From: Burkholderiaceae bacterium
Lineage (GTDB): Bacteria; Pseudomonadota; Gammaproteobacteria; Burkholderiales; Burkholderiaceae_F
Length of the DNA stretch: 60,826 bases
Reading direction: 5' to 3'
Assembly (NCBI GenBank): GCA_025055385.1
Contig: JANWXE010000081.1
Location: 1-60,826 of the forward strand
The notes under the pieces were generated by a model that saw only the letters and a program-made list of their open reading frames with translations, was not told the origin of the DNA and made no database searches. Made by a program: the position numbers and the translations under genes. Position 1 is the stretch's first letter, and each line of letters opens with the position of its first letter. Below, in pieces: positions 23,227-32,381 of the stretch.

Positions 23227-24312
23227 TCACAACATGCGGTTGCGCAGCGCGACTGTGGTCGTGAATACCTGCCGCAGCCGTCGGTCTGGCGCGGTCTGCG
23301 CATCGACGATGCCGTCTCCGCTGGTATCGCGCAAAGCGAAGGTCTGCGCGGCCGTCGCCACCGTCGCATCCGTGCCCACTGCCAGTAGGCTGACGCGCAC
23401 CGCTACCACGTGCGACCAGTCGGCGACGGCGTCAGCGCGCTGATACGCATTGGCGATGCCATCCAAATCGGTGTCGACGCCGTACAGAATCTCGATGTCC
23501 TCGATGCCGTCGACCAGCTCTTCGGCGGTGCTGCCGACGGCGCGGTACAAAGCGCGCCGCCCTGCTGCATTGGTGCCGACAAAGTAGGCGGTCTCTACCA
23601 GACGCATGGCTTGCGCGCGCGCGTCCTCGCGGAAGGCTTCATTGCCGATGGGACCGCTGATCACCGCCAGATTGCCGTCGGTGCCTCCCGGGCCGGCGCC
23701 GAGCTCCGCATATTCAAGGACAGTCGGAAAGTGGCCGACGCCCGTCGGCGGCGGGTTGTTGGTTACCCGAAACAGCAACGCGCGCTGACAATCTGCCACC
23801 AATGCAAGGTCGCCGTTGCTCAGCCGCATCGCGTTATGCTCGATCGTAACCCTGCGCGCGACCGGATCGGAGTTGCCGAGCACGCGCACCACCAAGCCGA
23901 CTGCACGGCGCACCACAATGACGTCGCCTGCGGCGCGCGCAACGCCGGTCGAGTTGGTCCAGCCGTTGCCGTCCTCAAAGCCCACGATGCCATCACCGCT
24001 GCCATTGAACGCCACTGCCGGGCGCGTCACGTTAAGGAAGTTGTCGGGGCCGAGGCTGCGCGAGCGGCAGCCGGCGAAGCTCGTCATGCGCAGATCCTGC
24101 GCGATGTAATCGAGGGCGAATCGGCCCGCCTCCTGCACACGCGCCAGTTCGTCGTTGACGCGGTACGTAGTCCGCGCGCCCACAAACAGGTACGTCAGAG
24201 CACCGACCACGATCAGGCCAATCGTGATACTGACCATCGCCTCCACTAACGTGAGGCCGCGCTGCGCGCGCCGGTGTGGCATATAAACGGTTGCGGGCAT
24301 CCGCGCTTGCAT
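23227..24312 (-). CDS. pilW: type IV pilus minor pilin PilW (cluster 1)
   Basis: Prepilin motif QRG|LTLVEAMVSITIGLIV. PilW-like size and a C-terminal ...TTVALRNR. ATG at 24312 overlaps the pilV stop (TGATG); ATGs at 24300 and 24282 are alternatives. Confidence 0.8.
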   Translation of the reverse strand: MQARMPATVYMPHRRAQRGLTLVEAMVSITIGLIVVGALTYLFVGARTTYRVNDELARVQEAGRFALDYIAQDLRMTSFAGCRSRSLGPDNFLNVTRPAVAFNGSGDGIVGFEDGNGWTNSTGVARAAGDVIVVRRAVGLVVRVLGNSDPVARRVTIEHNAMRLSNGDLALVADCQRALLFRVTNNPPPTGVGHFPTVLEYAELGAGPGGTDGNLAVISGPIGNEAFREDARAQAMRLVETAYFVGTNAAGRRALYRAVGSTAEELVDGIEDIEILYGVDTDLDGIANAYQRADAVADWSHVVAVRVSLLAVGTDATVATAAQTFALRDTSGDGIVDAQTAPDRRLRQVFTTTVALRNRML

Positions 24313-24767
24313 CAATTGGTGTTCCCCAGTCGTGTCACGACGGTGTACGCGGCGTTCGATGCACCGCCCGCGCGCGAGTCGTCCCACTGCACCACGATCG
24401 TTACGGTCTGGTTGACAGTGTCCACGGCGATGCTGCCAGCGCCGGCTGGCAGCGTGCGCAGGCGCGTCAGCCAGTCCAAGACGTCGGCGGCGCACACACC
24501 CGTGCAGCCGGCGGCGGGCCCGCTGGCGCCCAGGTGCAGTTCGTAATTGGCTGCCTGCCCGAGGTTGGCGCGCATGCGCTCGGCCATATCAGCAGCGAAC
24601 TGCGCCGCCTGCGCGCGGTAAAACGCGCTGTGACTGGCCCGCAGGCTGGCAGCTTGCAAGCCCGCGACGCCAAGCAGCCCGACAGATAGGATCACGATCG
24701 CCACCAGGACTTCGATCATCGACAGGCCGCACTGGTGGCGCAGACTGGGCATCGCTGCGGTCGTCAT
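24312..24767 (-). CDS. pilV: type IV pilus modification/minor pilin PilV (cluster 1)
   Basis: QCG|LSMIEVLVAIVILSVGLLGVAGLQ is the PilV-type N-terminus. The start is uncertain (GTG 24779 overlapping the fimU stop, ATG 24767, or ATG 24752). Confidence 0.8.
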   Translation of the reverse strand: MTTAAMPSLRHQCGLSMIEVLVAIVILSVGLLGVAGLQAASLRASHSAFYRAQAAQFAADMAERMRANLGQAANYELHLGASGPAAGCTGVCAADVLDWLTRLRTLPAGAGSIAVDTVNQTVTIVVQWDDSRAGGASNAAYTVVTRLGNTN

Positions 24768-24775
24768 TCCTCGCC

Positions 24776-25369
24776 TCACGCGTTATGGCAGTTCGGCACA
24801 GGCCCGCTGTCCAGCTCGGGAACGCGGTCACCGTCGGTGTCTAACGCGATGCGCACGCGACCCGAGACGTTCACGATCACCGCACGCGACCGCGCCTGGC
24901 CGTCAGCAACGAGCACGGGGCCATAGCAAAGGACGAAGCTGCCGCCGCCCGCATGGGTGAGGCGACCGCTGCTGTCGAAACCGATGGTGTTGGCGAAGCT
25001 CGCGCTGCCAAAGAGCGTCAGCGGCGGCGCCAACGCGCCGCCCTGGCGAATGATTTCCTCACCGGCGTCGAGTTGATCGTTGGCATTCGTGTCCACAAAC
25101 ATGCGCCAGCCGGCAGTCCAGTCGCGCGAATGGGCCACACCGTTGTGGGCGATCACCACGCGTGCTTGTCGTCGCATCGCCTCGCTGCGTGCAAAATTCA
25201 GCGCGGCAAAAAACTCGCTTGCGGCGCTGCTAAGCCGGCTGCTCGCCACATAGTTGTGTAGGCTCGGCACGCCAATGCCTAGCAGCACAGCAAAGATGGC
25301 CAACACCACCAGCAGCTCGACGAGCGACAGCCCGCGCAAGTGCTGCGGCCAAACAACGTCGTACGCCAA
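24776..25369 (-). CDS. fimU: GspH/FimT-family minor pilin, FimU-like (cluster 1)
   Basis: LRG|LSLVELLVVLAIFAVLLGIGVPS prepilin motif. GspH-type body (WTAGWRMFVDTNANDQLDAGEEIIRQG). TTG at 25369 has a strong AGGAAGGA 7 nt upstream and gives a 13-aa leader. ATG at 25414 is the alternative (29-aa leader). Confidence 0.7.
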   Translation of the reverse strand: MAYDVVWPQHLRGLSLVELLVVLAIFAVLLGIGVPSLHNYVASSRLSSAASEFFAALNFARSEAMRRQARVVIAHNGVAHSRDWTAGWRMFVDTNANDQLDAGEEIIRQGGALAPPLTLFGSASFANTIGFDSSGRLTHAGGGSFVLCYGPVLVADGQARSRAVIVNVSGRVRIALDTDGDRVPELDSGPVPNCHNA

Positions 25370-25521
25370 CTTGGTTTCCTTCCTGACGAACGAAGCCGAA
25401 GATAATGCGGGCATCGGCACCGCGCGCGGCGGCTGAAGCGATGACAGCACCGGCGGTGGCGGTTGGCCGATATGCGGCGAAAGCCGCGCCGGGCAGCGGC
25501 AGCTCGGAGCCGACAACCGGC

Positions 25522-26079
25522 TCATCGCAGGCATCCAACAGATGGATGAGCTAAGCGCACGAAGCCGTCGAGGCCGACGCACAGCAGCCGCGTTTGCCCG
25601 TTGCTTTCGACCGCAAGCGCCAGCGCCGTTGGGTGTGCCAGCGTGGCACTCGGTCGAAACACGATCGCAGGCTGCGGCGAGTCAACCGACACACCGGCTA
25701 AGCGAACCGTGCGCAGGACCATCTCGCCGTCGTCCCGCCAGCCATTTAGGTTGCCGTCAATAAACATGACCAACCCGCCGTCGCGCCAAGGCGTGGCGGC
25801 GGCCGTGCAGCGGGTAAGCGTGCTGGCGGCAGCTGTCTGCTCGCGCGCCAGCCCGCAAATCCCAACCGGCACGCGGCGCAGCGCGGCCTCGGCACGGGCC
25901 GCTTCCAACAAGTCCATTACCGCGCGCGCGCCGGCTTGAGGGCTTTCGGCAGCAAACAGCGCAACAAGGGACGCCGCGGGAAACATCAGCAGCAGCACGC
26001 CAAGAAGCAGCGCGATGAGCGTCTCCACGCGCGAGACGCCATAAGAGGCGGTTGCGCCAGCCGTTAATCGGTTTTGCAT
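25522..26079 (-). CDS. fimT: FimT-like GspH-family pseudopilin with an atypical prepilin leader (cluster 1)
   Basis: GspH/FimT-like body (PWRDGGLVMFIDGNLNGWRDDGEMVLRTV). The N-terminus is SYG|VSRVETLIALLLGVLLL: Gly-1 and Glu+5 are kept, but +1 is Val and the usual F/L-T/S-L-I/V-E core is degenerate. Confidence 0.55.
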   Translation of the reverse strand: MQNRLTAGATASYGVSRVETLIALLLGVLLLMFPAASLVALFAAESPQAGARAVMDLLEAARAEAALRRVPVGICGLAREQTAAASTLTRCTAAATPWRDGGLVMFIDGNLNGWRDDGEMVLRTVRLAGVSVDSPQPAIVFRPSATLAHPTALALAVESNGQTRLLCVGLDGFVRLAHPSVGCLR

Positions 26080-26192
26080 CGAAAGCCCCTGGCGGGCATT
26101 TCGACGCTTAGGCGCACAACCTAAAGGCGCGAAGCGGCAAACAGCGCCTGCTGCACCGCATTACTTGCGCGATCGCGGTGCAAGCAGCTGAA

Positions 26193-26642
26193 TTATCGCC
26201 CCCAGCAGTCCTCTGCGGTGCGCCCGCCCGTGGCGTTTGCGATACCGCGCACACCGGTATGCGTCAGCGTCAGATCGCCGCACTCGTCGTGGGCCATCGA
26301 CCCAGTGCGCGTGGCGGTTAACGTGAAAGTGGCTGGCCCGCCAGGATTGGCAAGCGAGATGTGGTATCTGACGGCGCCGCTTGCCGGCGAACGGGTCAAT
26401 GGGCCGGCGTTGGCTTGAAACCAAGCGTCGTCCGGATACGTGTTGTTTTGCGAGAAATAGCGCTGTAGCAGCGCGGCCGCCTCCATCAGCTGGGTCTTCG
26501 CGTCGGCACGATGCGCGCGCTGCACGTAGGCCGTATAGGCGGGGACAGCCAGGGCAGCCAGGATGGCGATGATCGCCAACGTCACCAGCACTTCAGTCAA
26601 TGTGAAGCCGCGGGCACGCACGTTGCAACAAATAGCCGTCAT
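26193..26642 (-). CDS. pilE: type IV pilin PilE-type (cluster 2)
   Basis: ARG|FTLTEVLVTLAIIAILAALAVPAY and a C-terminal ...ECGDLTLTHTGVRGI...CWGR. Its ATG overlaps the pilY1 paralog-2 stop (ATGA at 26639-26642). Confidence 0.85.
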   Translation of the reverse strand: MTAICCNVRARGFTLTEVLVTLAIIAILAALAVPAYTAYVQRAHRADAKTQLMEAAALLQRYFSQNNTYPDDAWFQANAGPLTRSPASGAVRYHISLANPGGPATFTLTATRTGSMAHDECGDLTLTHTGVRGIANATGGRTAEDCWGR

Positions 26643-29600
26643 TCAATGAGCTGCCGCCAGGTCCGGAAGGCGCCGAAGCCGACGAGACCCAGCCGTTTGG
26701 CCTCCGGCTCACCTGCCAGTCCGACGCCGAATAGCACGCCACTGCGCTGGCTCGCATCTGAGCCTTGCGCCGGACGCTCCACGAAAGCAAGGAGCCCTAG
26801 CGTGCCACCCATTGCGACCGCGGCGGAGTTTGCCGCGCCGAAGCTGCCACCGCTGACAAAGCTGCCGGACAGATAGTTCAGCCGGTACAAGAACGAGGTG
26901 CCGGCCACATCGCAAGCGTCCACCGAAGGCACAAACGACAGCGCAACCAAGCTGCCCCCGAACATGCGCGGCGAGACGATGATGCGCTCGCGCGGCGTCG
27001 CCAGCGTGGTACCGCCGGCACTGTAAACGACCCCCAGGTCGATGTACCAGCCTCTCTGACCGCCGAGGTAGTTCACGCTGTTGGCCGTTAAGGTGTAAAG
27101 CGCTGGGCTGCCCGACTTCGATGTGATTTTCTGCTGAACCAGCAGCCCACCGCTGCCGCGGAAATTGCCGCCGATGCCGTTGACCTCGTTTGGCTTGTCC
27201 CAGACTCCATAAAGGGTTTGAACATCCTGCCGTTCGCGGTCACCGGGCGACAACAGCTTGCCGGTGCCAAAGATGACCATCACGCCACCGTCCGGATGCA
27301 GTTGCAGCAGCGGCGCGGCGAAGATGGGCTGCGGCTGATTGCGCGAGTCGAGCGGGCCGACATCGGCCGGGCTGCGCGTGGTAAAAAGGGGCTGGCCGCC
27401 AAAGGCGACCGTCCATTTGCCCACATCCGGGCTGCTTAAGTCGAATTTCCATAGATTGCCGCGCAGATCCCCGGCGTAGACAGCGATCAGGTTGCGCTGG
27501 GCATCGAACAGCGGTGCGGGTGCGGACAGGCCGTTCGGATCGGACGCGTTGCCAACGCCGGTATCCAGAATCCGCACGATCGCACCCGAGGCAAGGTCAA
27601 CTACAAACAGCGCGGCCGTATGGTTTGCGCTCTCCGGTCCGTTCGCAAACACGGCCACCCACCGCGCGCCACCGGCAGCCGCGGCATCTTTTACACGCGC
27701 AATGATCGCCGGACCGAGCACATAGCCGAGGCGCGCGAAATCGGTCGCCGACAGCGATTGGTCGTCTAACTCCCATAGCACGCTGTTCGCATCAAGGTTG
27801 TTCGGATCCGTAGCGTCAATCGCAAATACGCTGCGGCCGCCCGCGCCCAGCGAGGAGACGACCACGGTGCGCCAGCAGGGGTCAACCCGGGAAGGGTCAT
27901 TCGGATCCGGCCCACAGCCAGTGCCGAAGTACGCGTCGCCCTGCGCAGGCACGCCGTCCACGAGGTAACGATGTGTGTAATCCGGGTCGACTAGCAAAGG
28001 AAGGTTACGAATAACGGCGCGCGGCACGTAGGCAAACTTCTCTACCCCCGTCCTCGCGTCAAACGCTTGGAACATGCCACCATTGCTGCCGACCCAGAGG
28101 GTCGCCGGGCGGCCGATGTGCTGGCTGTTGCCTTGGTTGGCGCGTAGAAAACGAAGATAGGTCTCGCGACCCGTTTGGACCGTCCCCGTGCTCGGCGGCA
28201 GAAAGTCGTACCCCCAATCGAGCGCCTTCACGTAAATCGGCGCTGCGTTAGCAATCGTGCCCAACACGTTGTCATGACTCGTCGGATCGTTCGGGTGCGC
28301 GCGCGGCCGGTCGCGAAAAACGCCCGGCGGTGAGGCGCTTTGCTCGCGGCTGCGGTCGCCACGGACGTACTGGATGACGTCGGCCGCCGAGCCTAGCGGG
28401 GAGGTCAGGTCAGCCCGCTGCGCCGCGGTCAGGTAGACCTCTTCAAAAGGAACGACCGCTTCACGCGCCGCGGGTCCATATCGCATCGTAAAAATGCGGC
28501 GCTGCGCTGGCGTCGGCAGCGCGTCGCTCGCGCGCCACACATAAGGCTGCCCGTTCGCATCGCGCGGCAGCGGATTGCCATTGCTGTCGGTAGTACGAAA
28601 TGTAAGCGTTTGCGGGTCAATCTCGCGCCGGTACAAATTGCCCGACCAGCTGCCCTGCCGGAACTCCGCCGTGTACACAGCATTGCCCGCCTCTAAATAG
28701 GCCGTGCTCGCCGCCGCCGCGGTGCCGACGACCGAGCGCGTGCGCGCCACCTCGCGCACGATACGCTGAAAGCCCTGCAGCAGTTGGTCCGGCCGGTCCG
28801 CGCTAAAGGCCAGACCCCGGCTATTGATCGCCGCATGCCAGAGGTCGTAGACGTTGCCCACCGAATCCGGGCCCGTTGCAGGCCACGTCGCGGCTCCGCT
28901 GCGCAGATTTTGATAGCCAGTGCCCTGGTGCGTGGCACCGCCCCACGGGATGCCCGGCGCAGTCATCACTGCCGTCAGGCCCAGCCCTACCGTGAAATTC
29001 ACCATGTGCTGCCAGGTGGCCGGATCGTTTTTGGGATTCCAGTAATCCGCCACGGGGTCGCCGGTGCGCTCGGCATAGTACGGCGTCAAATTGTTCGGCA
29101 GGTCGGGCCGCAGATCGGTGGCCCAGTAGTGGAACGCGACGTCGGCCAGGCTGTTGCTGTTGCTGTCGCGGTAAATGTGCGTTGCCTGATACGCGGGGTG
29201 TGTGGTGTTGCTGTTTGACGGCAGCAGCGTCTGATCGGGCAAAATGCGGCCGCTGCCGTCGACGTTGCCGCACATCGCGCCGCTACAAAACGAGTCATCG
29301 CCCTCGTTCCAAAGCCCGTCGGTCATCAGCAGATGGAAATTCGGCCGGCAGGCAAACTCGGTACCGCGTTCGACCTGCGGATGTTCCGCATACGGGCTAT
29401 TGACGCCGGCGGTACGGTAATACTCACCAGCGCGCGCCAAGGCGCGCCGCAATGGCGTATTGTTTTGCGCTGGCAGGCGCAGCAGCCAACTGTACAAGTT
29501 GGCCCGATGCGTAGGGGTGAACGGACGAATGCGGTTATCGATTACGCCTCCGGCCCAGCCGCTGCAGTTGCCGGTAAAGCCGGCACAGGTTGTCAGCGCC

Positions 29601-30451
29601 TGCCAGGCGACGCGTACTGAGTCAGGCAGCCCAGCCAGGGCGAGCGACGCCGCACTGACAGTGGCAAGATTACGTGTGCGATAAAACGAATACCAGATCG
29701 CGAAGTTTTGCCGCTCATCGCGATCAGCGGCATCGACCGTTCCATCGCCGTTGAGGTCCACCACGGCGGGTCCAGAGGTGGCGCTTACGGTGACCAGCCG
29801 GTAGCAGTTGTCGTTCGATGTCGCCGCGGGCACGCAGCCGGTGGCCGCTGGATCAAAGATGTAGTAATAGGCCGGCACGCCAGCGCGGCGCAGGTCGCCT
29901 GCGCTTGAGAGGAAATCGGCGGCGGGATTCTCGGCGTAGCGATTGCCAACTGCTTGGCAGCCGGCATCGTACGTTGTCGACGCACCGCTTGTGGCCGGAT
30001 CATAGGACCAGGTTACGCGATAAGCCTGCGACAGGTCCGTCGCACCCAGCTGCGGCGCGAACCCATTTACATAGGCATGGGTGAAGCTCGTCGTCAGACG
30101 CTCGTAACGATTATTGTTAGCGTCAAAACGGAGCGGTAGCTCGTAGCGGACCCGCGGATCGTAATACAGCGGGTTGTAGGCCGCCGACTTGACGCGGCGA
30201 GTCGCGTACTCCCAACACATCGAATCGGGCATATAGGCCCACTGCATCGAGCCGGAGTCGTCGAGCGTAATGAGCAGGTTCGGCGCCAGCGGTGAAGGCA
30301 GGAACTGAGGCACTTGCGCAAGCGACGGCGGCGGATCCGTGGGCACAGCATAGGCTGGCGGCGCCACTGTGACGGCGATGTAGACGCCGAGTACCTGAGC
30401 TGCCAGCAGGCGGCGCGGTGTGCTAACCGGCGCTATTTTCTTTCGGCTCAT
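26639..30451 (-). CDS. pilY1: type IV pilus tip-associated PilY1 (paralog 2)
   Basis: About 1270 aa from ATG 30451 (MSRKKIAP..., G-rich Shine-Dalgarno). Signal peptide, [14 protein letters not shown], blocks shared with paralog 1 ([44 protein letters not shown]), and a C-terminal YAGDLRGNLWKFDL. Confidence 0.9.
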   Translation of the reverse strand: MSRKKIAPVSTPRRLLAAQVLGVYIAVTVAPPAYAVPTDPPPSLAQVPQFLPSPLAPNLLITLDDSGSMQWAYMPDSMCWEYATRRVKSAAYNPLYYDPRVRYELPLRFDANNNRYERLTTSFTHAYVNGFAPQLGATDLSQAYRVTWSYDPATSGASTTYDAGCQAVGNRYAENPAADFLSSAGDLRRAGVPAYYYIFDPAATGCVPAATSNDNCYRLVTVSATSGPAVVDLNGDGTVDAADRDERQNFAIWYSFYRTRNLATVSAASLALAGLPDSVRVAWQALTTCAGFTGNCSGWAGGVIDNRIRPFTPTHRANLYSWLLRLPAQNNTPLRRALARAGEYYRTAGVNSPYAEHPQVERGTEFACRPNFHLLMTDGLWNEGDDSFCSGAMCGNVDGSGRILPDQTLLPSNSNTTHPAYQATHIYRDSNSNSLADVAFHYWATDLRPDLPNNLTPYYAERTGDPVADYWNPKNDPATWQHMVNFTVGLGLTAVMTAPGIPWGGATHQGTGYQNLRSGAATWPATGPDSVGNVYDLWHAAINSRGLAFSADRPDQLLQGFQRIVREVARTRSVVGTAAAASTAYLEAGNAVYTAEFRQGSWSGNLYRREIDPQTLTFRTTDSNGNPLPRDANGQPYVWRASDALPTPAQRRIFTMRYGPAAREAVVPFEEVYLTAAQRADLTSPLGSAADVIQYVRGDRSREQSASPPGVFRDRPRAHPNDPTSHDNVLGTIANAAPIYVKALDWGYDFLPPSTGTVQTGRETYLRFLRANQGNSQHIGRPATLWVGSNGGMFQAFDARTGVEKFAYVPRAVIRNLPLLVDPDYTHRYLVDGVPAQGDAYFGTGCGPDPNDPSRVDPCWRTVVVSSLGAGGRSVFAIDATDPNNLDANSVLWELDDQSLSATDFARLGYVLGPAIIARVKDAAAAGGARWVAVFANGPESANHTAALFVVDLASGAIVRILDTGVGNASDPNGLSAPAPLFDAQRNLIAVYAGDLRGNLWKFDLSSPDVGKWTVAFGGQPLFTTRSPADVGPLDSRNQPQPIFAAPLLQLHPDGGVMVIFGTGKLLSPGDRERQDVQTLYGVWDKPNEVNGIGGNFRGSGGLLVQQKITSKSGSPALYTLTANSVNYLGGQRGWYIDLGVVYSAGGTTLATPRERIIVSPRMFGGSLVALSFVPSVDACDVAGTSFLYRLNYLSGSFVSGGSFGAANSAAVAMGGTLGLLAFVERPAQGSDASQRSGVLFGVGLAGEPEAKRLGLVGFGAFRTWRQLIE

Positions 30452-30473
30452 ACGCCCCCCACCCATAGATGCT

Positions 30474-30986
30474 TCAGAACGGCGGCGGCCGCAGCTGGCT
30501 TTGCACGGTCGTGCGGAAGCCCTCGTTGCCGTCGCCAAAGCCACGGGCGGTCACCACATAAGCAACGTTGGGGATGAGCGTGCCGCCGCTGGTCGGAGCC
30601 GGCGGCGCGCGTACTTCTTCCAACAGGCATACTGGCGCGCTCACAACCCGCGCCGGATCGCTATAGAGCGCGCTCGGCACGCGCTGCAACTTCGGATTGG
30701 CGGCCGTCCAGCTGACAGGGTCACGCCAAGCCTGTCCGCTGACGTCAGTGGAATCGATGCGTGCGTCGGCAAGCTGCAGTGGATCCGCACCCGTTGCAAT
30801 CTGCTCACAATGCCGCAACGCAAGCTCGGCCTGCTCGAAGGCGATCGCTGCTGCGCGGATATTCGCGCTGATGCGCTCCTCTGTAGTGACCCCGCGCAAC
30901 GCCACCACTGCCATCAGCGTGATCACCACCAACATCACAAGTGCCAGCGGTAGCACCACGCCCTTTTCATGAGCCCGCTGCGGCAT
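30474..30986 (-). CDS. pilX: type IV pilus minor pilin PilX (cluster 2)
   Basis: EKGVVLPLALVMLVVITLMAVVALRGVTTEERISAN is a PilX_N-type N-terminus. ATG at 30986 has AAGGAGA 6 nt upstream. Confidence 0.7.
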   Translation of the reverse strand: MPQRAHEKGVVLPLALVMLVVITLMAVVALRGVTTEERISANIRAAAIAFEQAELALRHCEQIATGADPLQLADARIDSTDVSGQAWRDPVSWTAANPKLQRVPSALYSDPARVVSAPVCLLEEVRAPPAPTSGGTLIPNVAYVVTARGFGDGNEGFRTTVQSQLRPPPF

Positions 30987-30997
30987 CTGCACTCTCC

Positions 30998-31816
30998 TTA
31001 TAGGGTACGGTTCCGCAGGGTAACCACTTGCGTGAACGTGCGCCGCAGACGTCCATCATTCGGAAACGCGGTGCCGCGACAGGTTTGGCCGTCCTGCGGC
31101 CCTGCTGTCAGCCCCGCCTCCTCTGAGCGAACCTGCACGCACAGTTCAACCGCAAGCACGCGCCCCCAATCCTGGAATCCCACCGGTTCGACGACCCGCT
31201 CTGCGCGCGTGAATGGATCGCCGATACGCAACCGGATGCGGAGATCCTCAACGTTTGGAATCAACGGCTGCGGCCCAGCGGTGTTGCCGCTGCACATCAG
31301 CGTCGGCACACCATTGGAATCGGCAACAAAGAACCGATTGCGCGCGATCCGCAGCCCATTTGTATCCGGCGGTACTTCAAAGCCGAGGCAATCACGCCAA
31401 TTCCCGGAGCCGGCCACCGGCGCATCCTCGACCTGATAACGCACTTGCAAGGCGTCAGCACCGGTGGCGGCCGCAGCACAGGCGGGCGTGTCGCTCGGAT
31501 CGTTTGGGTTCGCGAAGCCGCCAGCGCACACGCGCAAGGCTTCGCCAATAAAAGCGGATGGAACTGCGACGTTGGCGAAGTCGCTTAAGAGTTTGCCGTA
31601 GCCGGCCATACGGATTTGATACGCAAGGCGGTCGAGCGCGAGCTGGCCGGCGGCCTGGATACGTTGTAAATCGGTGTTCGCGCGGTAGACATTGCGGTTG
31701 GCCAAGTAGGTGCTCAAGATGCCAATGCTGAGCAGCAGGCCGATGGCGAGCGCAATTAACACTTCGATTAAGCTACGGCCTCGCGGAACAGCCCCTCGCC
31801 AACGACCTACGATCAT
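30998..31816 (-). CDS. pilW: type IV pilus minor pilin PilW (cluster 2)
   Basis: PRG|RSLIEVLIALAIGLLLSIG, ending ...TQVVTLRNR as in paralog 1. ATG at 31816 overlaps the pilV stop (ATGA). Confidence 0.75.
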   Translation of the reverse strand: MIVGRWRGAVPRGRSLIEVLIALAIGLLLSIGILSTYLANRNVYRANTDLQRIQAAGQLALDRLAYQIRMAGYGKLLSDFANVAVPSAFIGEALRVCAGGFANPNDPSDTPACAAAATGADALQVRYQVEDAPVAGSGNWRDCLGFEVPPDTNGLRIARNRFFVADSNGVPTLMCSGNTAGPQPLIPNVEDLRIRLRIGDPFTRAERVVEPVGFQDWGRVLAVELCVQVRSEEAGLTAGPQDGQTCRGTAFPNDGRLRRTFTQVVTLRNRTL

Positions 31817-32379
31817 GGGCGCACCCGAATGCGCACGCAATCGACGTTGCTCGGCACATTGGCCGGGCACTGGCGGCCAACATTGAGGGCGTTGAGCAGA
31901 TTTGTGCCGCCGGCGGCTGCTGCGTCAGCGGCCCGGGCACGCAGGCCCGTTTCGACCCACATCATGGTGATCTCCCAGACCGGCTCACCGGGCAGCGGTG
32001 TATCAATCGTGGCCCAGCCGCCCGGTAATGCGCCGCCGCGCAAGCGGGCGAACCAACCGGCCAGGTCATACTGCGCCTGCTGCTGCGGTGTGCACACCTG
32101 CGTTTCACAGTCCGGCGCGGCCGGCAGCGCATAGGGACCAGTTGGATACGCCACCGTAAAACGGTAGGCCCCCGCAGCAACGCCTGGCACATTCGCGCGC
32201 ATACGGTCGGCCATATCCAGGGCGAGTTGAGTTGCCAACGCGCGCCCGTGTGCATCTTTCTGAATGGCTAGGCCGCGCACCTGAAGGCCAGCCAACCCAA
32301 GCAAGCCGATTGCCACGATCACAAGCGTGACCAGGACCTCGATTAACGTCGCGCCCTTCGCCCGCACTGCTGCCCGCAT
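31813..32379 (-). CDS. pilV: type IV pilus minor pilin PilV (cluster 2)
   Basis: AKG|ATLIEVLVTLVIVAIGLLGLAGLQ. ATG at 32379 lies directly after the stop of the upstream GspH-family gene. Confidence 0.8.
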   Translation of the reverse strand: MRAAVRAKGATLIEVLVTLVIVAIGLLGLAGLQVRGLAIQKDAHGRALATQLALDMADRMRANVPGVAAGAYRFTVAYPTGPYALPAAPDCETQVCTPQQQAQYDLAGWFARLRGGALPGGWATIDTPLPGEPVWEITMMWVETGLRARAADAAAAGGTNLLNALNVGRQCPANVPSNVDCVRIRVRP

Positions 32380-32381
32380 TG

